Assembly (NCBI RefSeq): GCF_964204645.1
Contig: NC_134026.1
Coordinates: 124,001-188,000 of the forward strand
Length of the DNA stretch: 64,000 nt
Source of the DNA: Tubulanus polymorphus
Lineage: Eukaryota; Animalia; Nemertea
Reading direction: 5' to 3'
Part shown: piece after piece, positions 12,258 to 23,496 of the stretch
How positions within the stretch are numbered: position 1 is the first letter of the stretch
Layout: each line of letters opens with the position of its first letter
Program-made: the position numbers and the translations under genes
The notes under the pieces: generated by a model
Databases searched by the model: none
The model's input: only the letters and a program-made list of their open reading frames with translations
Told to the model about the DNA's origin: nothing

Positions 12258-15200
12258 CTATAGAGGGACTTTATCTAATTCTTACAACACGGAATCGGAG
12301 TGTTTTATCAAGATTAGGCCGAACCTGTAACCTATTCAGGAGCTGCAGTTTCGCGAGTTTCAGGAGCTGCAGTTTCGCGAGTTCTAATTTCGACTCTAAG
12401 AATTTAACTTATCGAAGATGAAATAGAACTCGGTGAAGAACTCTAAAACTGGGATCAGATCAATCGAAAAACAAAAAGAAAATAAAAGCGAGCAAACATT
12501 GTCGACATTTTCAAATTCAATGTCGAATCTTGTTCCGTAACGATTACAACAAGCTGACAAATAGCCAAGATGAATATCTAATATTCCTAATGTTTCATTT
12601 TACATCTGGAAAAAAGATAAAACCACGGACTGCACTGTTTCTCGATGAGACAACTTATTCTAAAATCATTATAAATCTGATCTGTTTTTGTGTTACTCGG
12701 TTTTATCGACATTGTAATTATCGCCATGTTTTCTCCAAGTTAAGAGTCTTTCTGTGTAGTTCGTGAAGTTACAGAATCAAAAAGACTGAAATTTCGGATC
12801 GATTTCAATGATAGAATTCATAGTTAAACGCTTAAAGACAACATGAAAATAATTTCAATTTTTGCATCCACAAAAAGCTAACTATGAAATGCACTTTTCC
12901 TCAACAAAGCAAATAGTTCTAAAATCTCTAAAATTCTAATTTTTTTTCCTGTTATTCTGAGAATGAAATTATCGTGGTTTCTTTTCAAATGAAGAAAGTC
13001 GTTCTGTGTTTTTGCACGAATTTAATGCCTTTTTTCAAAGATCGACCACCGTGCGAAATCCAATACAAAAGGGGGCAAAAATGTTCTATAACAAACCGAA
13101 CTTTTTTTGAACACCCTCAACCCGCTAAGCGCCACGCAGGGCATTCATTATAAGCGGGTTCGATGTTCCTTTTTTTCCCACTGGGGGAGAGACCAGAGAA
13201 TGACCTTCGACCAAGAAACTCCAGGTTTTGAACCAGGGTTTGAACTTCTTGATGAACAGAGTATAAGGTAATGCGTTGTTTTTCCCCCTGTTAAAGGGTG
13301 CCGCTACAAAATTTACTTCATGCCTCATTTTTGTTAGGTTTCAGTTTGTATTGTATCTTAATCATTCGTTGCTTAAGATGATACCTAAATTATATTGACT
13401 AAATTATTTGAAATAAACTCCTGGTTTAAAGAAACAATTCGGACTTTATTTTGAATTCTTATTGTAGGTTTTTATATCATTCAGCTGCGGGTCGGAAAAT
13501 TACACTTCCAGTTGCAATAGTTACAATTCTCAAAGAGCTTTAACGGAGTTCAGTGATTTATGGCGAGTTCGGTATATAAAGGTTTTTAATTATCATAGTC
13601 GCAATGTACAATATGAAATCCGCATGATTGTTTACTCTGGGAGCTCTATTTCTGATCGGGAACAAGCTTGTACAAATACAGCGGGTCGTTCGCTGATTTG
13701 CTTTGAGACATTTCCACTGAAGAGATGCACAAATATATGATAGAAGCGCCGCGACGCCGCGAACTCATCTCACACTGCGACTTCGTGCCATCGAAATTGA
13801 CAGCTAGGAAAGTAATACCAGCACTATCCGGAATGGACATTTATACCCTCGCTAATCCCGGGGACGTGACTTAGACACGAATAGTTATCCATAGCCCTGG
13901 TGTCCATCCGCAATTTGTCTTTCCTAGATTGACACAACTCGCGAAAACCGCGGATTTCGTAACCAAGCAACTAATATCAGTGATCTGGCGATCTGAAAAG
14001 CGCTTCTGGGTTATGACTTATGACCAATAGTGAGAGCACATTTTCATTAGCACAAACAGAAAATGACATGACACCCGATGATACGGCGGTACGGAGTGTC
14101 GGGTTGTAACATGCGGTAAACCTACGTCAAACATGACTAAACAAGAAACAATATTATTATAGAAATAACGTACACAAATAATTGCCGATATTGTAACATA
14201 TGAACCACCTTGCAACATTCGAGCTCGATCTCATCGGGTGGTCTCCGCCCATCTATACAATTACCTAAACAATTCGGCCCGATTTTAAACACTAAAGCGA
14301 GGAGGTCGCACTTTGTCTCCGAGGCCATTTTCGGCTACAACCCAGTCTAGTAGTATACACGCTCTATTTCGTGATTGTAGCCAAATGAATTCGAAGCCTT
14401 TTGTTGAAAAGCTTTGTTGCATTCAGACGACGGATTTTCGCGAATATAAAAATGAATTGCAATTCGATTGTGCGCGTATTATGGCGGCCAGATGAATAAT
14501 GAACGAGTTTCGCATTCGCCTCGAATACAACGACAAAAATAATGCCTCAATTGGCTTCATATATCGTCCATATATCCGATTCCGCCGTTTTCCTCTCGCA
14601 AATAAAAAATTCATAAATCCACATCAACCGATAGAGAGACTAAACCCATTACTTGTCGCTGTTGCTGAGGATGGGTTTTAGAGAAAAAAAAGAATAATAA
14701 ATGGCTTCATAAACACACTCATCATTAGCGTCGTTTTATGCGAGATTTTTCCCTCCGAATCGGGATGAAAAAATTCACAATCTCTAAAACGAGAAATGTT
14801 CCCATTTTTTTTTGTGCGTAAGTAAAATAATTGGTTTCATGTAAATTCGTCATCGGTCAAATATCCCATTATCGGTGAACGCTCTCTGCTAATGACCAAT
14901 AGAAGGAAATTGACAAAATTGGCTTCGTATATTTTCGCTGTAAAATTAAGTGAAAGGAATCTACGAACAAAAAGAATGATTTATGCCCCGATTGCGAACT
15001 AACAATTCCGATGTTTTAACCTTATTTGTGTCGTTAAACAGAACCGAAAAGGCTTGAACTGGTTTTACTACCAAAATAGATTTAATCTGGTCACAGATAT
15101 ATATGCGATGACTGTGCATAGCTTGTGAATTTATAATTATTGAGGTATATATATATATATATATCAAAGGCACGTATAATAGCTCAGTTAAATTAGGATG

Positions 15201-15793
15201 TCACGTCGAGATAATGAATAATTCTCGCCTTCTGTATCTATCGAAATTGCAACCTTTGGTTCGATACAAACTGTTACAAACAGAGATACAAATAATGTCA
15301 AAACCTCTATAATCGACTTTCATACATTTATACATTTATAAGAGCTAATAGTCGCTATATATACGTATAATATTAATATATTATTCATGCATAATGCATA
15401 TTATCGCCATGTATCAATTATATGTAACCGAGACAAGACTTTACAGAAATTCCAATTTGATCTGCCAACATGATAGCACGAAATCAATATAGACGAACAC
15501 TTTTAATAAAGGTAAAATATTGACAAGATAACAACAGAAAATACGTGTTCGATAGGTTTTCGAGACGTGCTATGTAATAACGTCTAATCACAAGGTAAGA
15601 TATATTGATTCAATGTCCACGGTTTAAAACAAAAAACATTTTTATTCAAATGTATTGTATGTATTCACATTCACAATCGATTCCATTGTCAACAGTTACA
15701 AATAACATTTGAATCGGAATACAATTCTTACTCCTACAAGAGAAGAAATTAACGCGTTTCATCTTGTGAAATATGAAAGAAAATGTGACTTAC

Positions 15794-15866
15794 CGATAAA
15801 ACTGTCGAACAGCAAACAAGTTATAGATAAAAACAAAGATATTTGTTGTAGGTTGTAAATCTCCAT
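15794..15866 (-). CDS. Coding exon 1 (signal-peptide-like) of the Cys-rich protein gene whose exon 2 is at 3506-3653
   Basis: ATG at 15866 encodes MEIYNLQQISLFLSITCLLFDSFI, followed by a perfect G|GTAAGT donor in phase 1. Splicing G+AT gives Asp in frame with exon 2. Confidence 0.72.
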
Positions 15867-18800
15867 AGTTTTAATCTTGTATCCATTACCCGACAGATGA
15901 AATCCAGAACGCCCTGTTTATCGGTGTTATATCCATGCTTGAATCATGTCAAAAGTCAAAAAACCTCTCCAGCCGAGAACTTATAACAAACTGTTTGATG
16001 TATAGTTCGACGGTTAACGTGTATTTAATTCGTACATGCGAAGCGCTGTCGATGCACAATTGAAAAGATAATCATGCGCGTAGCACATCTCCCTTTGGCT
16101 ATCTGTGTTATTGTCGAAGTTCATTGGATGATGTGGATGAAACTAGAGGGCGCTCACCGGCGACAGACGACAGCTAGTTCACGTCACCCGTGTCGTCCTT
16201 GTGTATATCACACTACTTGTGAATATATGACGTCGTTCGTTCTTAATCCGATTAAACATAAAAATCCACGCCGAATAATTCCTCATTGAAAATTAATCCG
16301 CGCCAATTGGAATTTCTGAATTTCTATGAAAGAATTTTAATCGTATTTGCGAAAGTAATTTGTTTGCGGCGTCTGTCTCGGTGACAGAACGGTCAGCGTA
16401 CAAACATGTATGTAAATAAATCCCGAGCTCGACGAGTACAGTAGGAATTGTTTGCCAAATATTAACCAGTAATTGATATAAAGTATTATTCAACAGTAAC
16501 AGTTTTCCGTTGTTTGATTTGACACTCAGTAGCAAACTCAATTAATCGGCTGCTTTTAGGAGACCGGGGCATAACGAAACAATTCTTGTATTTTTAAGGA
16601 TATGTTCTTTTAGGAACTAGTTTTGAAAATGTCGATTTCGGTCTGAAATTCAGTCGTTAATATCAGAAGACAAAAGAACAAAAAACGTTTTTGTGAGATA
16701 TCAGAATTCTCCGATTAAACTTTATTGATTTATGTCTAATTGAGTTTAATTCTTCTTTGTAATGAATCTGTTAATGTTTTATAAGTCGATACAGCGGTAG
16801 CAGCATTAGCAGCATCAGTCTTAACAACAGCAGAACAAACTACTGAAAATTCGCACCGTTCCACGTTAAAAGGCGGTGGTTTTTCGCGAGATCAAATTAA
16901 AACTAAAAATCAATCAGTTGGCGACGCTTTTAATTCATAATGGAAGCAGTGTCGTCACGTTCCTCATGAGTCAAAAGTGCGGCTGCATTTCGCACCCAGT
17001 TTTAGGTAACGTTAATCTACATGCAGGTTTCCATAGAAACGATTGAGACAGATGCTGCACAATGCACCGTGATCATAACATGCGTTTATTACAACGGACT
17101 AAGAGCGCATGTCACGTCAATCGAACCTGGAAATCTCTCGCGGGCGGATGTTACTCATATTGGCCGTCAACGTGTGTTCTTACCTCGAGAGATTCAGAGG
17201 TGTGGTGCAGTTAACACCGAGCGAACAAACGCGTTTTGACATTTTCGTGTTGAAAATTCAGCGAACAATGGTTTATTCAGTGTGCTGGTGAAGTAGCTTC
17301 GCGTTGTCGCAATTAACCGACGTTACAATTCGATTTACAATTGAAATTATTGACATGAAATTCACGCCTGATTCAAAGGTTTTTTTTATCATAATCAGGC
17401 GTCGTCAAAAATGTTTGAAACCTGAAACGCGTTCATCGTTAGACGCTAAAAAGATGCCGAACTTTTATTGATTTATAATTTGTGAACTAAAATTGTGATT
17501 TATAGAAATGTTAAGTGTGTCCCGGGGTCCCGTACCACCCAAACACACGTGTCAGTAATTCCATATTGTTTAAGTATTATTTATAACGCTGAATTATTGT
17601 GACAGAAAACGACCATCAAAAATGTCATTAATTCCAAACTGTAAACACTAATTGACCTCGATGACAGATGGATAAAGTTACAATTCATTATTCAACCTTT
17701 TTCTATTTTGGTTGGATGCCTTATTTTCTAATGCGTAGAATATACATTTCGTCCACCTAGTTCAAATCAACCAACTACAAATAGATAACGACTTTATTTT
17801 TGGAAAGGTTGGACTTTTGAGTCCCATTTAATTTGCTGGAAATATTTACCTGTAAGATGCAAACAAGACAAATCGCTTATGTATTTGCGAGATGAAAGAC
17901 TTCAAATGAGTCAGTTTCCTTTGCTTTTGGACATCTTTCTTTGCTATGTCGCAAATTGGAGAGATGCTTTGTGTTTACTTTTATTTTGAATATTTTTCTA
18001 TCATCCCTCTCACTCGGTAAGAGAGAGAGATAGAGGAGGGAGAGAGAAGAGAGAATATCTGGTGCCTTACACTGACTGCAATAATCAGTCACAAAGGCGT
18101 GATATACTAAATGTGTTTTTCTATTGAGACAAGTACAGTTGACATCCGGGCAATCTGCACAGCGGTGACTTCACTGGTAATCAAGCAAATAGTTGCAATT
18201 TGATGGATGGTCCCTCGGCAGAAGACCCCATAATGAGAAAGGAATAGAGCTCTGTCATCATTAAATGCGAATAAATAAAAGGATGAACGCCCGGCCAGGT
18301 TAGCGGTAACGCTGCAGATATCAAGGGAGGAAACATAAATAATTAGGTTTCGTCGATTCGATAAAGGAAAGATATATGATAATGAAATATATTCAATTGT
18401 GGAATCTCCAAAGAATTGAACATTTTGCCTACGATCTATCACGATACGACTTGAAGAGAGGTAGCCATATGTTCATAAAAGGAAATCATTTCTTTTTCTT
18501 TCATGACACGTATTTTTTCAAATATTTTTTTCGCGTTTGTTTGAGAGAAGGAGAAGCCGATATTGTGTATACAGAGACGACAGAACCTGCACTCTTCCCG
18601 TCGCGTCTACAGTTACCAAAAACGTCGATATTCTGTTAACTTGATTTCACTATAATACACACAACTATTGAAGAGCGTTCTTTCGCAAAAATAATGGCCA
18701 ATTTCGTCGTTGGAATTTACGGAATCAGTTTACAAGATCAATTTGTACGATTAACATTTCTCAGCGTCTGTGTGCGTCGAGCTTTTCACACAATGATTCA

Positions 18801-19908
18801 TGGCGGGCGTTTTGCGTCAAGTGTCGCTGAAAATAAAATCAAATCTTGTTTCTAGCTGCACGCGCGCGAGGAGAACACTTTTTCTTTTTCGCTGAAACCG
18901 AAAACTCTTTTGTTTTGTAGAGTGATCGCCCCGTGAGAGGCAATATCGAACGATGACGTCACGATCGAATCGTCAGCTTTTTATCCATTATGAAAATAAC
19001 GGTTAGAACCCAGGATCTATAGCGGCGTTCCTATTAAGTCTTCCCAAGTTCAAGGTTAAACACTGGCTGAAAACATAATCAAACTTAACCGGGACTAGTG
19101 GAACTGGGTGCGGATCAGAAAAACGACTGATTCATAAAACCTGAAATGCTACCAAATATCTGCTTCATGTACTAATAATCCTTGTAGTGGAATATCATCA
19201 TTGAGATGAATTGAGGTTAGGTTTCGTAAAAAGGATCTTCGACAGTGAAAACTGAGTTTAAATGAGCGACCGAACGCTTCGTCTTGCTGATGACACGACT
19301 GTAGTACTTCTGTAATATCATCAACGCCACGATGTGATCTACGAGGCACCTACAAATATCGCGGTCTACAGCGCATATTACCGTCAAATATGGCGGGATA
19401 TGGGAGAGAGTGGGTTCGAGTCCCAAATAAAGCCGTGCCGTCAACCTGTCCCATTCCATGTTAGACTGGTTGCCGATCTCTACCCACTGCGAATGCAGGT
19501 GGCGCGCGTACATGTGACATGCTATCACGTGATCTCAACATGTAAACACAATAACTACCGGTATACATAAAACACGTGTTCCTTATAAAACAGGAATAAG
19601 TTGAATAATGAAACCCACTAAGTAACAAAACGAAAATTGGAGTCTAGAATATAATCCTTAATTATAATGTTAATAAAATTGGGGAATTATATGCTCAATT
19701 TTATTAATTATAATTTATACTGAAGTAGACACCGCGTGTAGAAGACGCTGTCCTCAATTATGCCAGATCCAAAAAGCCCCAAGTCTAGACTTTTGTGTCC
19801 TTGTAAATAGAAAATTATATGGGGGGAATATCCTCTTAGCCTCTGCAGGGAATCAAGTCTACGTCCTTGAGCTCCTTCTGAAGGGCCAAAAATAAATACA
19901 GGCCTCTC

Positions 19909-20203
19909 CATAGGCGTCGCCAGGATTTTTTTATGGGGGTCCGAATATCGGCAATTTGTTGAATCTAGTAAGGCAGCGAAGCTGCCTTTGACGAGGACCG
20001 AAGGTCCGAAGTCCCCTTGGGGGGTTTGGGGGTTCCCCCCAAGAAAATTCTGAAAACTAGGAGCGATTTAAACCGTTTTCCCGCCACCTTGAGTGATTAC
20101 CTTGTGGAAAAAACACGAGTTTTTATATTGTAAAAAATGAAGAAACCTAGCCGAAAAAGGGGGTTCGTTTGCACCCCCCGAAACCCCCCTGGCGACGCCT
20201 ATG
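19909..20203. mobile_element. Intact 295-bp MITE with perfect 16-bp TIRs (CATAGGCGTCGCCAGG) and an apparent 5-bp TSD (CTCTC); hAT-like, possibly hAT5
   Basis: TIRs at 19909-19924 and 20188-20203. CTCTC flanks both sides (19904-19908 and 20204-20208). Internal hairpins and G/C runs are typical of invertebrate hAT MITEs. Confidence 0.9.
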
Positions 20204-20608
20204 CTCTCTGCTGCCACCAGACTTCAGCACCACTCATAAGTCAGATATTTATCACAAATCAAACATTTATTTGCTAAACAAACAAGCCCAATCCTGGGCT
20301 TCCACACAATTTGTCAAAGAAAATATTTATGAAAATGTAATACAAAATCAATTATCTATTTACAAATACTGGTAGGGCTCAGCAGTATGACAGCCTCAGA
20401 TTGTCACGAAGAGAGACAAATTATTATATTGAAATCTTTACATAATATACTAATACTGAATTTGGTGTGCATATTTTTTTCACCGATCATCCGCTTCGCT
20501 AGCCATGAGGCTTGGGTGAGGGTGAAAATACTATCTATTAATATTCTGACACTAAATACACTTTTTTCCTTACACTTTCTAAACTTCCTTCCGCGAAGCG
20601 ACGCTTAA

Positions 20609-21480
20609 GGCTGGCTTTATGTCGACGCCTAGACCAACGCAACCGGCCGGATAATCGCCGATTAGCGCCACATAACCTCAACGTTTTCAAACTTCCAAGC
20701 ATTTTCAAACTTCAAAAGAAAAGATGCCATTGACCGCAATTCAAGAATGGCCAGTGACCTACCTGCAATACCTTTTGAAATCATTCCCCGAAGCTTTTAT
20801 TATTGGTGATGCAACCAATCACCGGCTACGAATTTTAAGGGGGTCAGTTGGTGGGCGCTCCTACAAGTTGTCATTACACTTGGAAATTCTACACGGCGAA
20901 GAAGTCTCTGTCGCTGGATATTGCTCAGATAGGACACGTTTTCGAAAAGAGAATTTTCATTAGGTTGTAACAAACGCAGCTGAGCTGATAAGCTATTTGT
21001 TATTAATACAACTGGATTTTGGCAACAGGACACGGAATTTAAAAATGACTTTAAGATTGACTCTTAAATAAAAGGATTACACTTTCAAATTGCTGCTTCA
21101 TCCGCGTTACAAGGTTGCTGTAAGGTAGGTGGAACATTTATTTAACATTAGCGGTCGAAATTATGTTTTATAGGTTTAGATTTAGGAAACAATAGTTACA
21201 CTTTAGGTTAGGGTTAGGTTAGGTTTAATTAACAGGTACCGGTACCCAGTGTTACAGCTTCATGGAAGATACAACAGACTCGCCTACTGATGAAGAACAA
21301 GCTGCACATCATTGTACATCACATCGCGGTCCGAATTGAATAAGGTAGGACATATTTCAGCGTGGACTTGTCAACTAGAGTTGATACGTCCATGATTTCA
21401 GTGAGAAGAAAAAGACCTCCCGGGCCACAGAAGATCGAACCCGAAGTTGAATGATGATGACAGAGTGGCTTGAAAAAATT
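20609..21480 (+). mobile_element. Possible degenerate DNA-transposon fragment (PIF/Harbinger-like left end)
   Basis: TAA|GGCTGGCTTTATGTCGAC resembles Harbinger termini, followed by broken coding-like sequence. No right TIR was found. Confidence 0.3.
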
Positions 21481-21911
21481 CAGGTGCGACTTGTATGACA
21501 TGTCTAATAGTTCTTGTAGATAAATAGAATTGATAGAATTTATGTTAGTTCTAACTAGTTATTTGACCCCCCAATTAAAACATAATTTCAACCGTTAATT
21601 CTTAGGTATTTTGAATATATTTCACAATTATCCAACGCCTCCCCCCACCCTCACCCCCTCCCCTTAAAACGAAGCTTCCACGATTTTGTGGGTTAAGCGT
21701 GACTTTGGTAGGATGAGGAATTGACGATTTGGACTTGACAACTTTTTTCTACATAATCGAAACTACATTAACGTTAACACATGTAGAGCTAGAGGGGTTG
21801 GACTATTAACCCCTCAAAACACATACAGATAACAGTGATACAAATATAAAACAATAGACAAATATACACTTATACAATATTACACATTAAAATGATTTTC
21901 AAATGATTTTT

Positions 21912-22345
21912 CACGCGCCATTTTATTTTGAAGTTATCTCGCGCCATTTTATTTTGAAGTCTCATCTCGCGCCATTTTATTTTGAAGTCTCATCTCGCGC
22001 CATTTTATTTTGAAGTAATCTCGCGCCATTTCATTTGTCTTTTTGCGCATCCCATACATCACTTATTTTGTTGTTCTGTAATTAATCATATATCAACTCA
22101 CTCAGTTATGTATTGTAATATTTGTATTGTAATATGTATTGTATTATGTATTGTACCATGTATTGTATTATGTATTGTAATATGTATGTATTATGTATTT
22201 GTACTTACTCTTCTCACTCGGTTCTGTCTAATTAGTCATTCTGCCTATAAATACTGATAAGTAGCGAAAGCTTGTGCATCAAATAAACCTATATTGTATA
22301 CTTATACTTGTCTCGTTATAATTATTCTAAACCCAGTTTATACCC
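21912..22345 (+). mobile_element. LTR-like remnant: five tandem CGCGCCATTT-containing repeats, a (TGTAT)n tract, TATAAA (22246-22251) and AATAAA (22282-22287)
   Basis: The order repeats, TATA box, polyA signal within ~400 bp matches U3-R-U5. TG...CA ends, PBS and TSD were not identified. Confidence 0.5.
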
Positions 22346-23442
22346 CAGGCTCCTCTCGGAATAAGGGAACATCGTGTTTTAATTTCTGATTCGGACCCAC
22401 TGTCGCAGCGCCTTCGTCAGTGGACACAGGACAACTCGGGCTGGATTCGAACCCTTGAAAGCAGCAGGCCCATTTCTCTTGGACATTGAGGAAATCTTCT
22501 AAGACTAAGATTCGATTTTCAGCCTTCTTTGACGAAGAGAACTTCAGTGGGACAATACTCAGAATTCGAACTTGTGGAATGAACCTGTTATGGAATTTTC
22601 TGCGAAAGCTTCATTTTTCTAGAGGAAAATAAATCAATTTCATATCGGTAACTATTACGACGAGTAATAGGAAAAATTGTGCCGAAATTGAGAGTATTGA
22701 AACAAACACAGCTAACCTACACGGCTGTCTGGAATCAGTTGTTTCGTGATGTAAAATGTGCAGAAAATTCCGAAACATTTTCATTCCATCACGAGGAGAC
22801 TGAAATTGACTGGTGACCCACGTACGCTGGGCGAACTTTGGTTATCGGAGTTAGTCTATAGTCGCGACAAGTGAAACCGAATGTCAGTTAGTCGGAACCA
22901 TAGTCCAGAAATAGTTCGTAAATAAAGCGCATTCGGTTATTAGTTCCGACCACTAGTCGACAAGATACGAGAACTGAATTTGGCCCTTACTGAGGAACTA
23001 GGATTCTGACCCGGCGAACACGACCATCAGCCAGGAACAAGATAGTCCCGACCAGTCTGACCAGTGTGTGGTCGGCGGATGAGAGAGGATTAATGTTCAA
23101 GGCAAGCAACATCGGAGCCTCCGCTTGGAAGGTCTCCACTGAAGGCGCTGCGATGCACTAATCGGCAACCAGTCTAGCCGTGGCGCTGTCCCAAAAAGAA
23201 AGAGACTCGATAAAGATCATGAGACAGGTAGCCAGTCTAGCCGTGGCGCTGTCGCAAAAAGAAACAGGCTCGATAAATCATGGGAAGACCAGAATATCTC
23301 ACCTGCTTATGTTGAAAAATACCTAGCATAATTCAACTCTTCCTGTTTCCTCTTCAAACTCGAGCACAGATTGCAATAAAAACGCAATGATTTTGAATTA
23401 TATGAATTGGTTTTGGTCGGTAAATAGAATAACCTTTGAAGT

Positions 23443-23470
23443 GCGCTTCCGTTTTACTTCCGGGTTTGCG
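23443..23470. promoter_or_regulatory. ABHD11 proximal promoter with two ETS-like CTTCCG sites
   Basis: GCGCTTCCGTTTTACTTCCGGG lies 35-55 bp upstream of the ATG, as in many TATA-less housekeeping promoters. Confidence 0.5.
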
Positions 23471-23496
23471 TTAAAAATTAGAAATTTCTCCGCAAA

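Noticed and set aside
19217-19349. Possible terminal exon CLVDHIVALMILQKYYSRVISK... on the minus strand
   Set aside because: Only a moderate acceptor, no recognisable homology and no compatible upstream exon.
21203-21225. TTAGGG/TTAGG telomere-like repeats
   Set aside because: Only about 4 mixed units; such runs are common inside invertebrate TEs.
22811-22826. TGGTGACCC as a tRNA-Trp primer-binding site
   Set aside because: Only 9 nt match, it does not follow an LTR-ending CA, and no gag ORF follows.
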